From: Escherichia coli
GTDB taxonomy: Bacteria > Pseudomonadota > Gammaproteobacteria > Enterobacterales > Enterobacteriaceae
DNA: 64,000 nucleotides
Strand: one strand, 5' to 3'
Assembly (NCBI RefSeq): GCF_003018235.1
Contig: NZ_CP027439.1
In this document: one piece after another, positions 28,710 to 39,500 of the stretch
Numbering within the stretch: position 1 is the first letter of the stretch
Layout of the letters: every line of letters begins with the position of its first letter
Translations under genes and position numbers: made by a program
Notes under the pieces: generated by a model
Told to the model about the DNA's origin: nothing
Databases searched by the model: none
The model's input: only the letters and a program-made list of their open reading frames with translations

Positions 28710-30082
28710 TGCCACGCATTAAACCTCTTCTGGTTCTTTGTGCTGCTTTACTGACGGTCACACCCGCAGCGTCAGCGGATGTGAACAGCGACATGAATCA
28801 GTTCTTTAACAAGCTGGGCTTCGCCTCCAATACCACACAGCCGGGCGTCTGGCAGGGGCAGGCCGCCGGTTATGCTTACGGTGGCTCCCTGTATGCCCGT
28901 ACTCAGGTCAAAAATGTTCAGCTGATTTCCATGACGCTGCCGGATATCAATGCCGGATGTGGCGGCATCGACGCCTATCTCGGCTCGTTCAGTTTTATTA
29001 ATGGCGAGCAGCTGCAGCGTTTTGTTAAGCAGATTATGAGCAATGCTGCCGGTTACTTTTTTGACCTTGCCCTGCAGACAACGGTGCCGGAAATCAAAAC
29101 CGCAAAAGACTTCCTGCAGAAAATGGCAAGCGACATTAACAGTATGAACCTCAGTTCCTGCCAGGCGGCACAGGGGATTATCGGCGGGCTCTTCCCCCGG
29201 ACGCAGGTGTCCCAGCAGAAAGTCTGTCAGGACATTGCCGGTGAGAGCAATATTTTTGCTGACTGGGCGGCTTCCCGGCAGGGATGTACCGTTGGCGGTA
29301 AATCTGACAGCGTCAGGGATAAAGCCAGCGACAAGGATAAGGAGCGGGTGACCAAAAACATTAACATCATGTGGAATGCGCTTTCCAAAAACAGAATGTT
29401 TGACGGCAACAAAGAGCTGAAAGAGTTTGTGATGACGCTGACCGGCTCACTGGTGTTTGGTCCCAACGGCGAAATCACACCGCTGTCAGCCAGAACCACT
29501 GACCGCTCAATTATCCGGGCCATGATGGAAGGCGGCACAGCAAAAATTTATCACTGCAACGATTCTGATAAATGCCTGAAAGTGGTGGCAGACACACCGG
29601 TGACCATCAGCCGGGATAATGCACTGAAGTCTCAGATTACTAAACTTCTGGCCAGCATTCAGAACAAGGCGGTCAGTGACACGCCTCTGGATGACAAGGA
29701 AAAAGGCTTTATTTCCAGTACCACCATCCCCGTCTTCAAATACCTGGTTGACCCGCAGATGCTCGGTGTTTCCAACAGTATGATTTACCAGCTGACGGAC
29801 TATATCGGTTACGACATCCTGCTGCAGTACATTCAGGAGCTGATACAGCAGGCCCGGGCGATGGTGGCCACAGGAAATTATGACGAAGCAGTTATCGAAC
29901 ATATTAACGACAACATGAATGATGCCACCCGGCAGATTGCGGCGTTTCAGTCACAGGTGCAGGTACAGCAGGATGCGCTGCTGGTTGTCGATCGTCAGAT
30001 GAGCTACATGCGTCAGCAGCTTTCCGCCCGCATGCTCAGTCGTTACCAGAACAACTATCACTTCGGAGGGAGCACGCTGTGA
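28706..30082 (+). CDS. traH: TraH
   Basis: 458 aa with signal peptide. Confidence 0.92.
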   Translation: MMPRIKPLLVLCAALLTVTPAASADVNSDMNQFFNKLGFASNTTQPGVWQGQAAGYAYGGSLYARTQVKNVQLISMTLPDINAGCGGIDAYLGSFSFINGEQLQRFVKQIMSNAAGYFFDLALQTTVPEIKTAKDFLQKMASDINSMNLSSCQAAQGIIGGLFPRTQVSQQKVCQDIAGESNIFADWAASRQGCTVGGKSDSVRDKASDKDKERVTKNINIMWNALSKNRMFDGNKELKEFVMTLTGSLVFGPNGEITPLSARTTDRSIIRAMMEGGTAKIYHCNDSDKCLKVVADTPVTISRDNALKSQITKLLASIQNKAVSDTPLDDKEKGFISSTTIPVFKYLVDPQMLGVSNSMIYQLTDYIGYDILLQYIQELIQQARAMVATGNYDEAVIEHINDNMNDATRQIAAFQSQVQVQQDALLVVDRQMSYMRQQLSARMLSRYQNNYHFGGSTL

Positions 30083-32904
30083 ATGAAGTTTATGTGATTG
30101 CCGGTGGTGAGTGGTTGCGGAATAACCTGAACGCCATTGCCGCTTTTATGGGAACCAGGACGTGGGATTCCATTGAAAAAATTGCGCTCACATTGTCTGT
30201 TCTCGCGGTGGCCGTGATGTGGGTACAGCGGCACAACGTGATGGATTTGCTGGGCTGGGTGGCCGTGTTTGTGCTTATCAGCCTGCTGGTTAATGTCCGC
30301 ACATCGGTGCAGATTATTGATAACAGTGACCTGGTCAAAGTTCACCGGGTGGATAATGTGCCGGTCGGACTGGCGATGCCACTTTCACTGACGACCCGTA
30401 TCGGGCATGCAATGGTGGCCAGTTACGAGATGATCTTCACGCAACCGGACAGTGTCACCTACAGCAAAACGGGGATGCTGTTTGGCGCAGAACTGGTATC
30501 AAAAAGCACCGACTTTTTGTCCCGGAATCCGGAAATCGCCAATCTTTTCCAGGATTATGTGCAGAACTGCGTGATGGGGGATATTTACCTGAACCACAAA
30601 TATACGCTGGAGGAGCTGATGGCCTCCGCTGATCCCTACACGCTGATTTTTTCCCGCCCCAGCCCGCTGCGGGGCGTTTATGACAGCAATAATAATTTCG
30701 TAACCTGTAAGGACGCTTCGGTTTCGCTGAAAGACAAGCTGAATCTGGACACACAGAGTGGCGGAAAAACCTGGCATTATTATGCCCAGCAGCTATTTGG
30801 CGGACGCCCTGATCCTAACCTGCTGTTCAGTACGCTGATTGGCGACAGTTACAGTTACTTCTATGGCTCAAGTAAATCAGCCAGCCAGATCATCCGCCAG
30901 AATGTCACCATCAATGCGCTGAAGGAGGGGATCACCAGTTATGCCGCACGTAATGGTGATTCGGCCAGCCTGGTGAATCTGGCCACCACATCATCGATGG
31001 AGAAGCAACGTCTGGCACATGTCTCCATCGGTCATGTGGCGATGCGGACACTGCCCATGACGCAGACCATCCTGACGGGGATCGCCATCGGTATTTTCCC
31101 GCTCCTGGTACTGGCGGCTGTCTTCAACAAACTGACGCTGTCCGTCCTGAAAGGCTATGTGTTTGCCCTGATGTGGTTGCAGTCATGGCCAATGTTGTAC
31201 GCCATTCTGAACAGCGCCATGACATTTTATGCAAAGCAGAATGGTGCACCGGTGGTGCTCTCGGAAATTTCACAGATACAGCTGAAATACTCCGATCTGG
31301 CTTCCACTGCCGGGTATCTTTCCATGATGATCCCGCCATTATCCTGGATGATGGTCAGGGGGCTCGGGGCAGGATTTTCCAGTGTGTACAGCCATTTCGC
31401 TTCCTCTGCTATCAGCCCGACCGCCAGTGCAGCAGGCAGTGTGGTTGACGGTAATTACTCCTACGGCAACATGCAGACGGAGAACGTTAACGGCTTCAGC
31501 TGGAGCACCAACAGCACCACGTCGTTTGGTCAGATGATGTACCAGACCGGCAGTGGCGCAACCGCCACACAGACCCGTGACGGTAATATGGTGATGGATG
31601 CAAGCGGAGCGATGTCCCGGTTACCGGTCGGCATCAATGCAACGCGTCAGATTGCGGCGGCACAACAGGAAATGGCCCGGGAAGCATCGAACAGAGCAGA
31701 AAGTGCCCTGCATGGGTTCAGCAGCAGTATTGCCAGTGCCTGGAACACGCTCAGTCAGTTTGGTTCTAACCGGGGGAGCAGTGATTCTGTCACCGGTGGT
31801 GCTGACAGCACGATGAGTGCTCAGGACTCCATGATGGCCAGCCGTATGCGCAGTGCAGTGGAAAGCTATGCGAAGGCGCATAATATCAGTAATGAGCAGG
31901 CGACTCAGGAACTGGCATCAACAAGTACCAGGCTATCTGGTGGAATGTATGCTGATGCTCATGCTGAATGGGGGGTTAAACCTAAAATTCTTGGTGTTGG
32001 TGGTGGGGTAGGCATCAGAGGTGGATTTAAGGGGAGCCTGGATGCAACGGATGATGACTCACATTCAGCAAGTAGTGGCAGCAGGGCTACCCATGATGCT
32101 CGCCATGATATCGATGCTAAAGCCAGTAAGGACTTTAAAGAGGCCAGCGATTACTTTACCAGTCGCAAGGTCAGTGAATCCGGCAGCCATACGGACAATA
32201 ATGCCGATTCCCGTGTGGACCAGCTGTCTGCAGCCCTGAACTCAGCAAAACAGAGTTACGACCAGTACACGACGAATATGACCCGCAGCCATGAATATGC
32301 TGAAATGGCATCCCGTACTGAAAGCATGAGTGGGCAGATGAGTGAAGACCTGTCGCAACAGTTTGCACAGTATGTGATGAAACACGCGCCGCAGGATGCC
32401 GAAGCTATTCTGACAAACACCAGTTCACCGGAGATTGCAGAACGCCGTCGGGCGATGGCATGGTCTTTTGTTCAGGAACAGGTGCAGCCTGGTGTTGATA
32501 ATGCCTGGCGTGAATCCCGTGGGGATATTGGTAAAGGAATGGAGAGCGTACCTTCGGGTGGTGGCAGCCAGGATATTATTGCTGACCATCAGGGGCATCA
32601 GGCCATTATTGATCAAAGAACGCAGGACAGTAATATCCGTAATGATGTAAAACATCAGGTTGATAATATGGTCACAGAATATAAAGGGAATATCGGAGAT
32701 ACTCAGAATAGTATTCATGGCGAAGAAAATATTGTAGACAGACAATATTCAGAGTTAAAAAATAATCACAAACAGGAAGAAATTCAACAAAACAACAGAT
32801 ATAATGAAGAAAATAAACGACAGAAATTAATGCCAACACCGTCTGAAGATGCGTTAAAACAGATGGTGGATGATAAGAAAGAACGATTGAAGGGGCCATT
32901 ATGA
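30079..32904 (+). CDS. traG: TraG (mating-pair stabilisation / entry exclusion)
   Basis: 941 aa, polytopic N-terminal domain. Confidence 0.92.
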   Translation: MNEVYVIAGGEWLRNNLNAIAAFMGTRTWDSIEKIALTLSVLAVAVMWVQRHNVMDLLGWVAVFVLISLLVNVRTSVQIIDNSDLVKVHRVDNVPVGLAMPLSLTTRIGHAMVASYEMIFTQPDSVTYSKTGMLFGAELVSKSTDFLSRNPEIANLFQDYVQNCVMGDIYLNHKYTLEELMASADPYTLIFSRPSPLRGVYDSNNNFVTCKDASVSLKDKLNLDTQSGGKTWHYYAQQLFGGRPDPNLLFSTLIGDSYSYFYGSSKSASQIIRQNVTINALKEGITSYAARNGDSASLVNLATTSSMEKQRLAHVSIGHVAMRTLPMTQTILTGIAIGIFPLLVLAAVFNKLTLSVLKGYVFALMWLQSWPMLYAILNSAMTFYAKQNGAPVVLSEISQIQLKYSDLASTAGYLSMMIPPLSWMMVRGLGAGFSSVYSHFASSAISPTASAAGSVVDGNYSYGNMQTENVNGFSWSTNSTTSFGQMMYQTGSGATATQTRDGNMVMDASGAMSRLPVGINATRQIAAAQQEMAREASNRAESALHGFSSSIASAWNTLSQFGSNRGSSDSVTGGADSTMSAQDSMMASRMRSAVESYAKAHNISNEQATQELASTSTRLSGGMYADAHAEWGVKPKILGVGGGVGIRGGFKGSLDATDDDSHSASSGSRATHDARHDIDAKASKDFKEASDYFTSRKVSESGSHTDNNADSRVDQLSAALNSAKQSYDQYTTNMTRSHEYAEMASRTESMSGQMSEDLSQQFAQYVMKHAPQDAEAILTNTSSPEIAERRRAMAWSFVQEQVQPGVDNAWRESRGDIGKGMESVPSGGGSQDIIADHQGHQAIIDQRTQDSNIRNDVKHQVDNMVTEYKGNIGDTQNSIHGEENIVDRQYSELKNNHKQEEIQQNNRYNEENKRQKLMPTPSEDALKQMVDDKKERLKGPL

Positions 32905-33410
32905 TCACTCACTATGATATAAAAATGGAGATGCAAAAACTAAAGGAGGTACTCTCTGTAGAGGGTGTTAATATCCCATCATTATTACAAGTCATAAAAC
33001 CGGGAACTTATGTGTTTTTATGGGCTTTATTATGGCCAACTTTTCTGCGTTTAGTATCGGTTAAAAGTGATGTCAGGGATGTTGGCTTTGATATATGTGC
33101 TAGTGGAATGATGGGGTTCCTGCTTTTTGTGGCTATTACAAATGGAATGATGTTATACCTTGCGATTCCTGATAGTTTCAGAAAGGATTCAAAAATAATA
33201 AATTTTATGTATTCTAAGAGTAAGACATATATTTTGTTGTTTTTGATTGTTTTTTCTATGGTTTCATTTATGCATTCTATCTTATATGTTTTTGCACTAA
33301 TGATTACATTCATATTATTTTTCTTGGTGTATACCATAGATATAAATCGTTATAATCTCTCAGCTATAGCCTCAGTAATAGGACTGTTCAAAAAAGAGTC
33401 TGTTAGTTAA
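32901..33410 (+). CDS. traS: Entry exclusion protein TraS
   Basis: AT-rich, hydrophobic 169-aa ORF between traG and traT. Confidence 0.75.
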   Translation: MITHYDIKMEMQKLKEVLSVEGVNIPSLLQVIKPGTYVFLWALLWPTFLRLVSVKSDVRDVGFDICASGMMGFLLFVAITNGMMLYLAIPDSFRKDSKIINFMYSKSKTYILLFLIVFSMVSFMHSILYVFALMITFILFFLVYTIDINRYNLSAIASVIGLFKKESVS

Positions 33411-33423
33411 AAGGATATTTTGG

Positions 33424-34155
33424 ATGAAAACAAAAAAATTGATGATGGTTGCACTGGTCAGTTCCACTCTGGCCCTTTCAGGGTGTGGTGCGATGAGCAC
33501 AGCAATCAAGAAGCGTAACCTTGAGGTGAAGACTCAGATGAGTGAGACCATCTGGCTTGAACCCGCCAGCGAACGCACGGTATTTCTGCAGATCAAAAAC
33601 ACGTCTGATAAAGACATGAGTGGGCTGCAGGGCAAAATTGCTGATGCTGTGAAAGCAAAAGGATATCAGGTGGTGACTTCTCCGGATAAAGCCTACTACT
33701 GGATTCAGGCGAATGTGCTGAAGGCCGATAAGATGGATCTGCGGGAGTCTCAGGGATGGCTGAACCGTGGTTATGAAGGCGCAGCAGTTGGTGCAGCGTT
33801 AGGTGCCGGTATCACCGGATATAATTCCAGTTCTGCCGGTGCCACACTCGGTGTGGGCCTTGCTGCCGGTCTGGTGGGTATGGCTGCAGATGCGATGGTG
33901 GAAGATGTGAACTATACCATGATCACGGATGTGCAGATTGCAGAGCGTACTAAGGCAACGGTGACAACGGATAATGTTGCCGCCCTGCGTCAGGGCACAT
34001 CAGGTGCGAAAATTCAGACCAGTACTGAAACAGGTAACCAGCATAAATACCAGACCCGTGTGGTCTCAAATGCGAACAAGGTTAACCTGAAATTTGAAGA
34101 GGCGAAGCCTGTTCTCGAAGACCAGCTGGCCAAATCAATCGCAAATATTCTCTGA
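33424..34155 (+). CDS. traT: Surface exclusion lipoprotein TraT
   Basis: 243 aa, lipobox LSGCGA. Confidence 0.93.
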   Translation: MKTKKLMMVALVSSTLALSGCGAMSTAIKKRNLEVKTQMSETIWLEPASERTVFLQIKNTSDKDMSGLQGKIADAVKAKGYQVVTSPDKAYYWIQANVLKADKMDLRESQGWLNRGYEGAAVGAALGAGITGYNSSSAGATLGVGLAAGLVGMAADAMVEDVNYTMITDVQIAERTKATVTTDNVAALRQGTSGAKIQTSTETGNQHKYQTRVVSNANKVNLKFEEAKPVLEDQLAKSIANIL

Positions 34156-34407
34156 TTATCTTCCGGAGGCTGGTCTGACCGGCCTCCTGACTGACGCCTC
34201 GCTTTGCTCGTTGTCCAACCCCGGAAAGAAATAAAATAAATTTTATTTCTCCCCGGCGTTTCCGAAATAAATATGAAAACACTGAGCGGTTGTGCAAATT
34301 CTTTGTGCGACCGTGAAGTGTTGCCGGCGAAGCCGGAATTTAACGGTTATTAATCTTTTCATCATTAATAATCAGTCCGACTGACTTTTTTTCTTCGGAA
34401 TATCATC

Positions 34408-36570
34408 ATGAGTTTTAACGCAAAGGATATGACCCAGGGCGGTCAGATTGCGTCCATGCGTATCCGCATGTTCAGCCAGATCGCCAATATCATGCTTTAC
34501 TGCCTGTTTATTTTTTTCTGGATACTCGTTGGTCTGGTTTTATGGGTAAAAATAAGCTGGCAGACGTTTGTGAACGGCTGTATTTACTGGTGGTGTACCA
34601 CGCTGGAAGGCATGCGGGATTTAATCAAGTCCCAGCCGGTCTATGAGATCCAGTATTACGGCAAAACCTTCCGGATGAATGCTGCTCAGGTACTGCATGA
34701 TAAATATATGATCTGGTGCGGAGAGCAGCTATGGTCCGCATTCGTTCTGGCCACAGTTGTGGCACTGGTTATTTGCCTGATTACCTTCTTTGTTGTCTCC
34801 TGGATTCTGGGGCGTCAGGGTAAACAACAGAGCGAAAATGAAGTCACAGGTGGTCGTCAGCTGACAGACAATCCGAAAGACGTTGCCCGGATGCTGAAAA
34901 AAGACGGCAAGGACTCCGATATCCGGATTGGCGACCTGCCGATTATCCGGGATTCTGAAATCCAGAACTTCTGTCTGCACGGCACGGTCGGGGCCGGTAA
35001 GTCGGAAGTTATCCGTCGTCTGGCCAACTACGCCCGTCAGCGCGGTGATATGGTGGTGATTTATGACCGTTCAGGGGAATTTGTTAAAAGTTACTATGAT
35101 CCCTCCATCGATAAGATCCTGAATCCGCTGGATGCCCGCTGTGCCGCCTGGGATTTATGGAAGGAGTGTCTGACACAGCCGGATTTTGATAATACGGCAA
35201 ATACCCTGATCCCGATGGGCACAAAAGAGGACCCGTTCTGGCAGGGTTCAGGACGTACCATTTTTGCGGAAGCGGCGTACCTGATGCGTAATGACCCCAA
35301 CCGCAGCTACAGCAAACTGGTGGACACACTGCTTTCCATCAAAATCGAAAAACTGCGTACCTTCCTGCGTAATTCACCGGCGGCCAACCTGGTGGAAGAG
35401 AAAATTGAGAAAACGGCGATTTCCATCCGTGCTGTGCTGACCAACTACGTGAAAGCCATCCGTTACCTGCAGGGGATTGAGCATAACGGTGAGTCTTTTA
35501 CCATCCGTGACTGGATGCGTGGTGTCCGGGAAGATCAGAAAAACGGCTGGCTGTTTATCTCGTCGAATGCCGACACCCATGCCTCCCTGAAGCCGGTGAT
35601 CTCCATGTGGCTGTCCATTGCCATTCGTGGTCTGCTGGCAATGGGAGAAAACCGTAACCGTCGTGTGTGGTTTTTCTGTGATGAGCTACCCACGTTACAC
35701 AAACTGCCGGACCTGGTGGAGATCCTGCCGGAAGCCCGTAAGTTCGGTGGCTGTTATGTGTTTGGTATCCAGTCCTATGCCCAGCTGGAAGATATCTACG
35801 GTGAGAAAGCGGCTGCCACGCTGTTTGACGTCATGAACACCCGTGCCTTTTTCCGTTCTCCCAGCCATAAGATTGCAGAGTTTGCTGCCGGTGAGATTGG
35901 TGAGAAAGAGCACCTGAAAGCCAGCGAGCAGTACTCCTACGGTGCTGATCCGGTACGTGACGGGGTATCGACCGGTAAGGATATGGAGCGCCAGACGCTG
36001 GTCAGTTATTCCGACATTCAGTCTCTGCCGGATTTGACCTGTTATGTCACCCTGCCCGGACCGTATCCGGCAGTAAAACTCTCACTGAAATATCAGGCAC
36101 GTCCGAAGGTTGCCCCTGAGTTTATTCCGCGTGACATCAACCCGGAAATGGAGAACCGCCTGAGTGCCGTACTTGCCGCAAGGGAAGCAGAAGGTCGTCA
36201 GATGGCCAGCCTCTTCGAACCGGATGTGCCGGAGGTTGTTTCCGGAGAAGACGTGACTCAGGCTGAACAGCCGCAACAGCCGCAACAGCCGGTGTCTCCT
36301 GCCATCAACGATAAGAAGTCAGATTCAGGTGTGAATGTTCCGGCAGGGGGGATCGAGCAGGAGCTGAAAATGAAACCGGAAGAAGAGATGGAACAGCAAC
36401 TGCCACCCGGGATCAGTGAATCCGGTGAAGTGGTGGATATGGCCGCTTATGAGGCATGGCAACAGGAAAATCATCCGGACATCCAGCAGCAGATGCAGCG
36501 TCGTGAAGAGGTGAACATTAATGTGCACCGGGAGCGCGGGGAGGATGTTGAGCCGGGAGATGATTTCTGA
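34408..36570 (+). CDS. traD: Type IV coupling protein TraD
   Basis: 720 aa with Walker A GTVGAGKS and C-terminal QPQQPQQP repeats. Confidence 0.95.
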   Translation: MSFNAKDMTQGGQIASMRIRMFSQIANIMLYCLFIFFWILVGLVLWVKISWQTFVNGCIYWWCTTLEGMRDLIKSQPVYEIQYYGKTFRMNAAQVLHDKYMIWCGEQLWSAFVLATVVALVICLITFFVVSWILGRQGKQQSENEVTGGRQLTDNPKDVARMLKKDGKDSDIRIGDLPIIRDSEIQNFCLHGTVGAGKSEVIRRLANYARQRGDMVVIYDRSGEFVKSYYDPSIDKILNPLDARCAAWDLWKECLTQPDFDNTANTLIPMGTKEDPFWQGSGRTIFAEAAYLMRNDPNRSYSKLVDTLLSIKIEKLRTFLRNSPAANLVEEKIEKTAISIRAVLTNYVKAIRYLQGIEHNGESFTIRDWMRGVREDQKNGWLFISSNADTHASLKPVISMWLSIAIRGLLAMGENRNRRVWFFCDELPTLHKLPDLVEILPEARKFGGCYVFGIQSYAQLEDIYGEKAAATLFDVMNTRAFFRSPSHKIAEFAAGEIGEKEHLKASEQYSYGADPVRDGVSTGKDMERQTLVSYSDIQSLPDLTCYVTLPGPYPAVKLSLKYQARPKVAPEFIPRDINPEMENRLSAVLAAREAEGRQMASLFEPDVPEVVSGEDVTQAEQPQQPQQPVSPAINDKKSDSGVNVPAGGIEQELKMKPEEEMEQQLPPGISESGEVVDMAAYEAWQQENHPDIQQQMQRREEVNINVHRERGEDVEPGDDF

Positions 36571-39500
36571 TGATGAGTATCGCGCAGGTCAGATCGGCCG
36601 GAAGTGCCGGTAACTATTATACCGACAAGGATAATTACTATGTGCTGGGCAGCATGGGAGAACGCTGGGCCGGCAGGGGGGCTGAACAGCTGGGACTGCA
36701 GGGCAGTGTCGATAAGGATGTTTTTACCCGTCTTCTGGAGGGAAGGCTGCCGGACGGAGCGGATCTAAGCCGCATGCAGGATGGCAGTAACAGGCATCGT
36801 CCCGGCTACGACCTGACCTTCTCCGCCCCCAAAAGTGTCTCCATGATGGCCATGTTAGGTGGCGATAAGCGCCTGATTGATGCACATAACCAGGCCGTGG
36901 ACTTTGCTGTTCGTCAGGTGGAGGCGCTGGCCTCCACACGGGTGATGACGGACGGACAGTCAGAAACGGTGCTGACCGGTAATCTGGTGATGGCACTGTT
37001 TAACCACGACACCAGTCGCGATCAGGAACCACAGTTACACACGCATGCGGTGGTGGCTAATGTCACGCAGCATAACGGCGAATGGAAGACACTGAGCAGT
37101 GACAAAGTGGGGAAAACGGGGTTCATTGAGAATGTGTACGCTAATCAGATTGCCTTTGGCAGGCTCTACCGGGAAAAACTGAAAGAGCAGGTTGAGGCGC
37201 TGGGCTATGAAACCGAAGTGGTGGGTAAGCACGGTATGTGGGAGATGCCGGGCGTACCGGTGGAGGCCTTTTCCGGACGCTCACAGGCAATCCGGGAGGC
37301 CGTCGGGGAAGATGCCTCGCTGAAATCCCGGGATGTGGCGGCACTGGATACGCGAAAATCCAAACAGCACGTCGATCCTGAAGTCAGAATGGCTGAATGG
37401 ATGCAGACGCTGAAGGAAACCGGGTTCGACATCCGGGCATATCGTGACGCGGCGGATCAGCGTGCGGAGACCCGCACGCAGGCGCCCGGGCCAGCTTCAC
37501 AGGACGGGCCGGATGTGCAGCAGGCGGTGACACAGGCGATTGCCGGATTAAGTGAACGAAAAGTGCAGTTCACGTATACGGATGTGCTGGCCAGGACAGT
37601 CGGCATACTGCCGCCGGAAAATGGTGTGATTGAACGGGCACGCGCCGGTATCGATGAGGCCATCAGCCGTGAGCAGCTTATCCCCCTCGATCGTGAGAAG
37701 GGGCTGTTCACGTCCGGGATTCATGTGCTCGATGAGCTGTCAGTCCGGGCGCTCAGTCGTGACATCATGAAACAGAACCGGGTGACCGTACATCCGGAGA
37801 AAAGTGTCCCCCGGACGGCCGGTTACAGCGATGCCGTCAGTGTTCTGGCACAGGATCGCCCGTCGCTGGCCATTGTGTCCGGGCAGGGCGGTGCTGCCGG
37901 GCAGCGTGAGCGGGTGGCTGAACTGGTCATGATGGCCCGGGAGCAGGGGCGGGAGGTGCAGATTATCGCTGCTGACCGTCGTTCGCAGATGAACCTGAAG
38001 CAGGATGAACGGCTGTCCGGTGAGCTGATAACCGGACGTCGTCAGCTGCAGGAGGGCATGACCTTCACACCGGGCAGTACCGTTATCGTTGACCAGGGCG
38101 AAAAACTCTCCCTGAAAGAGACGTTAACCCTGCTGGACGGTGCCGCACGTCATAACGTACAGGTCCTGATAACCGACAGCGGGCAGCGAACCGGTACAGG
38201 CAGTGCGCTGATGGCCATGAAGGATGCCGGGGTGAACACATATCGCTGGCAGGGGGGAGAACAGCGACCGGCCACCATCATCAGTGAACCGGACCGTAAT
38301 GTCCGCTATGCCCGGCTGGCAGGAGATTTTGCGGCCAGCGTGAAAGCCGGAGAAGAGAGCGTGGCACAGGTCAGCGGGGTACGGGAACAGGCCATACTGA
38401 CACAGGCCATTCGCAGTGAGCTGAAAACACAGGGCGTGCTCGGACACCCGGAGGTAACCATGACCGCCCTCTCACCGGTCTGGCTGGACAGCCGGAGCCG
38501 TTATCTGCGGGATATGTACCGTCCGGGGATGGTGATGGATCAGTGGAACCCGGAGACACGCAGTCATGACCGCTATGTTATCGACCGGGTGACGGCGCAG
38601 AGTCACAGCCTGACCCTGCGGGATGCGCAGGGTGAAACGCAGGTGGTGCGTATTTCCTCCCTGGACAGCAGCTGGTCGCTGTTCCGGCCGGAAAAAATGC
38701 CGGTGGCAGACGGCGAGCGTCTGAGGGTGACAGGGAAAATTCCCGGACTCCGCGTCTCCGGCGGTGACCGCCTGCAGGTGGCATCCGTCAGTGAAGATGC
38801 GATGACGGTTGTTGTGCCGGGGCGGGCTGAACCGGCCACCCTGCCTGTGGCTGATTCACCGTTCACGGCACTGAAGCTGGAGAATGGCTGGGTGGAAACG
38901 CCCGGGTATTCCGTCAGCGACAGTGCGACGGTTTTTGCCTCCGTCACACAGATGGCAATGGACAACGCCACCCTGAACGGTCTGGCCCGCAGCGGTCGTG
39001 ATGTCCGGCTGTATTCCTCTCTGGATGAAACCCGTACTGCGGAAAAACTTGCCCGCCATCCCTCCTTTACGGTGGTTTCTGAGCAGATAAAGACGCGGGC
39101 CGGTGAGACACCGCTGGAAACTGCTATCAGTCTGCAGAAAGCCGGGCTTCACACGCCGGCACAGCAGGCCATTCATCTGGCCCTTCCTGTGCTGGAAAGT
39201 AAAAACCTGGCCTTCAGCATGGTGGACCTGCTGACAGAGGCGAAGTCGTTTGCTGCAGAAGGAACCAGTTTTATCGACCTGGGAGGGGAAATCAATGCGC
39301 AGATAAAACGCGGTGATTTACTGTATGTGGATGTGGCAAAAGGCTATGGCACAGGCCTGCTGGTTTCCCGTGCGTCGTATGAGGCAGAAAAGAGCATTCT
39401 TCGCCATATTCTCGAAGGTAAGGAGGCGGTCACGCCGCTGATGGAGAGAGTACCTGGCGAACTCATGGAGAAACTGACATCAGGACAGCGCGCCGCCACC

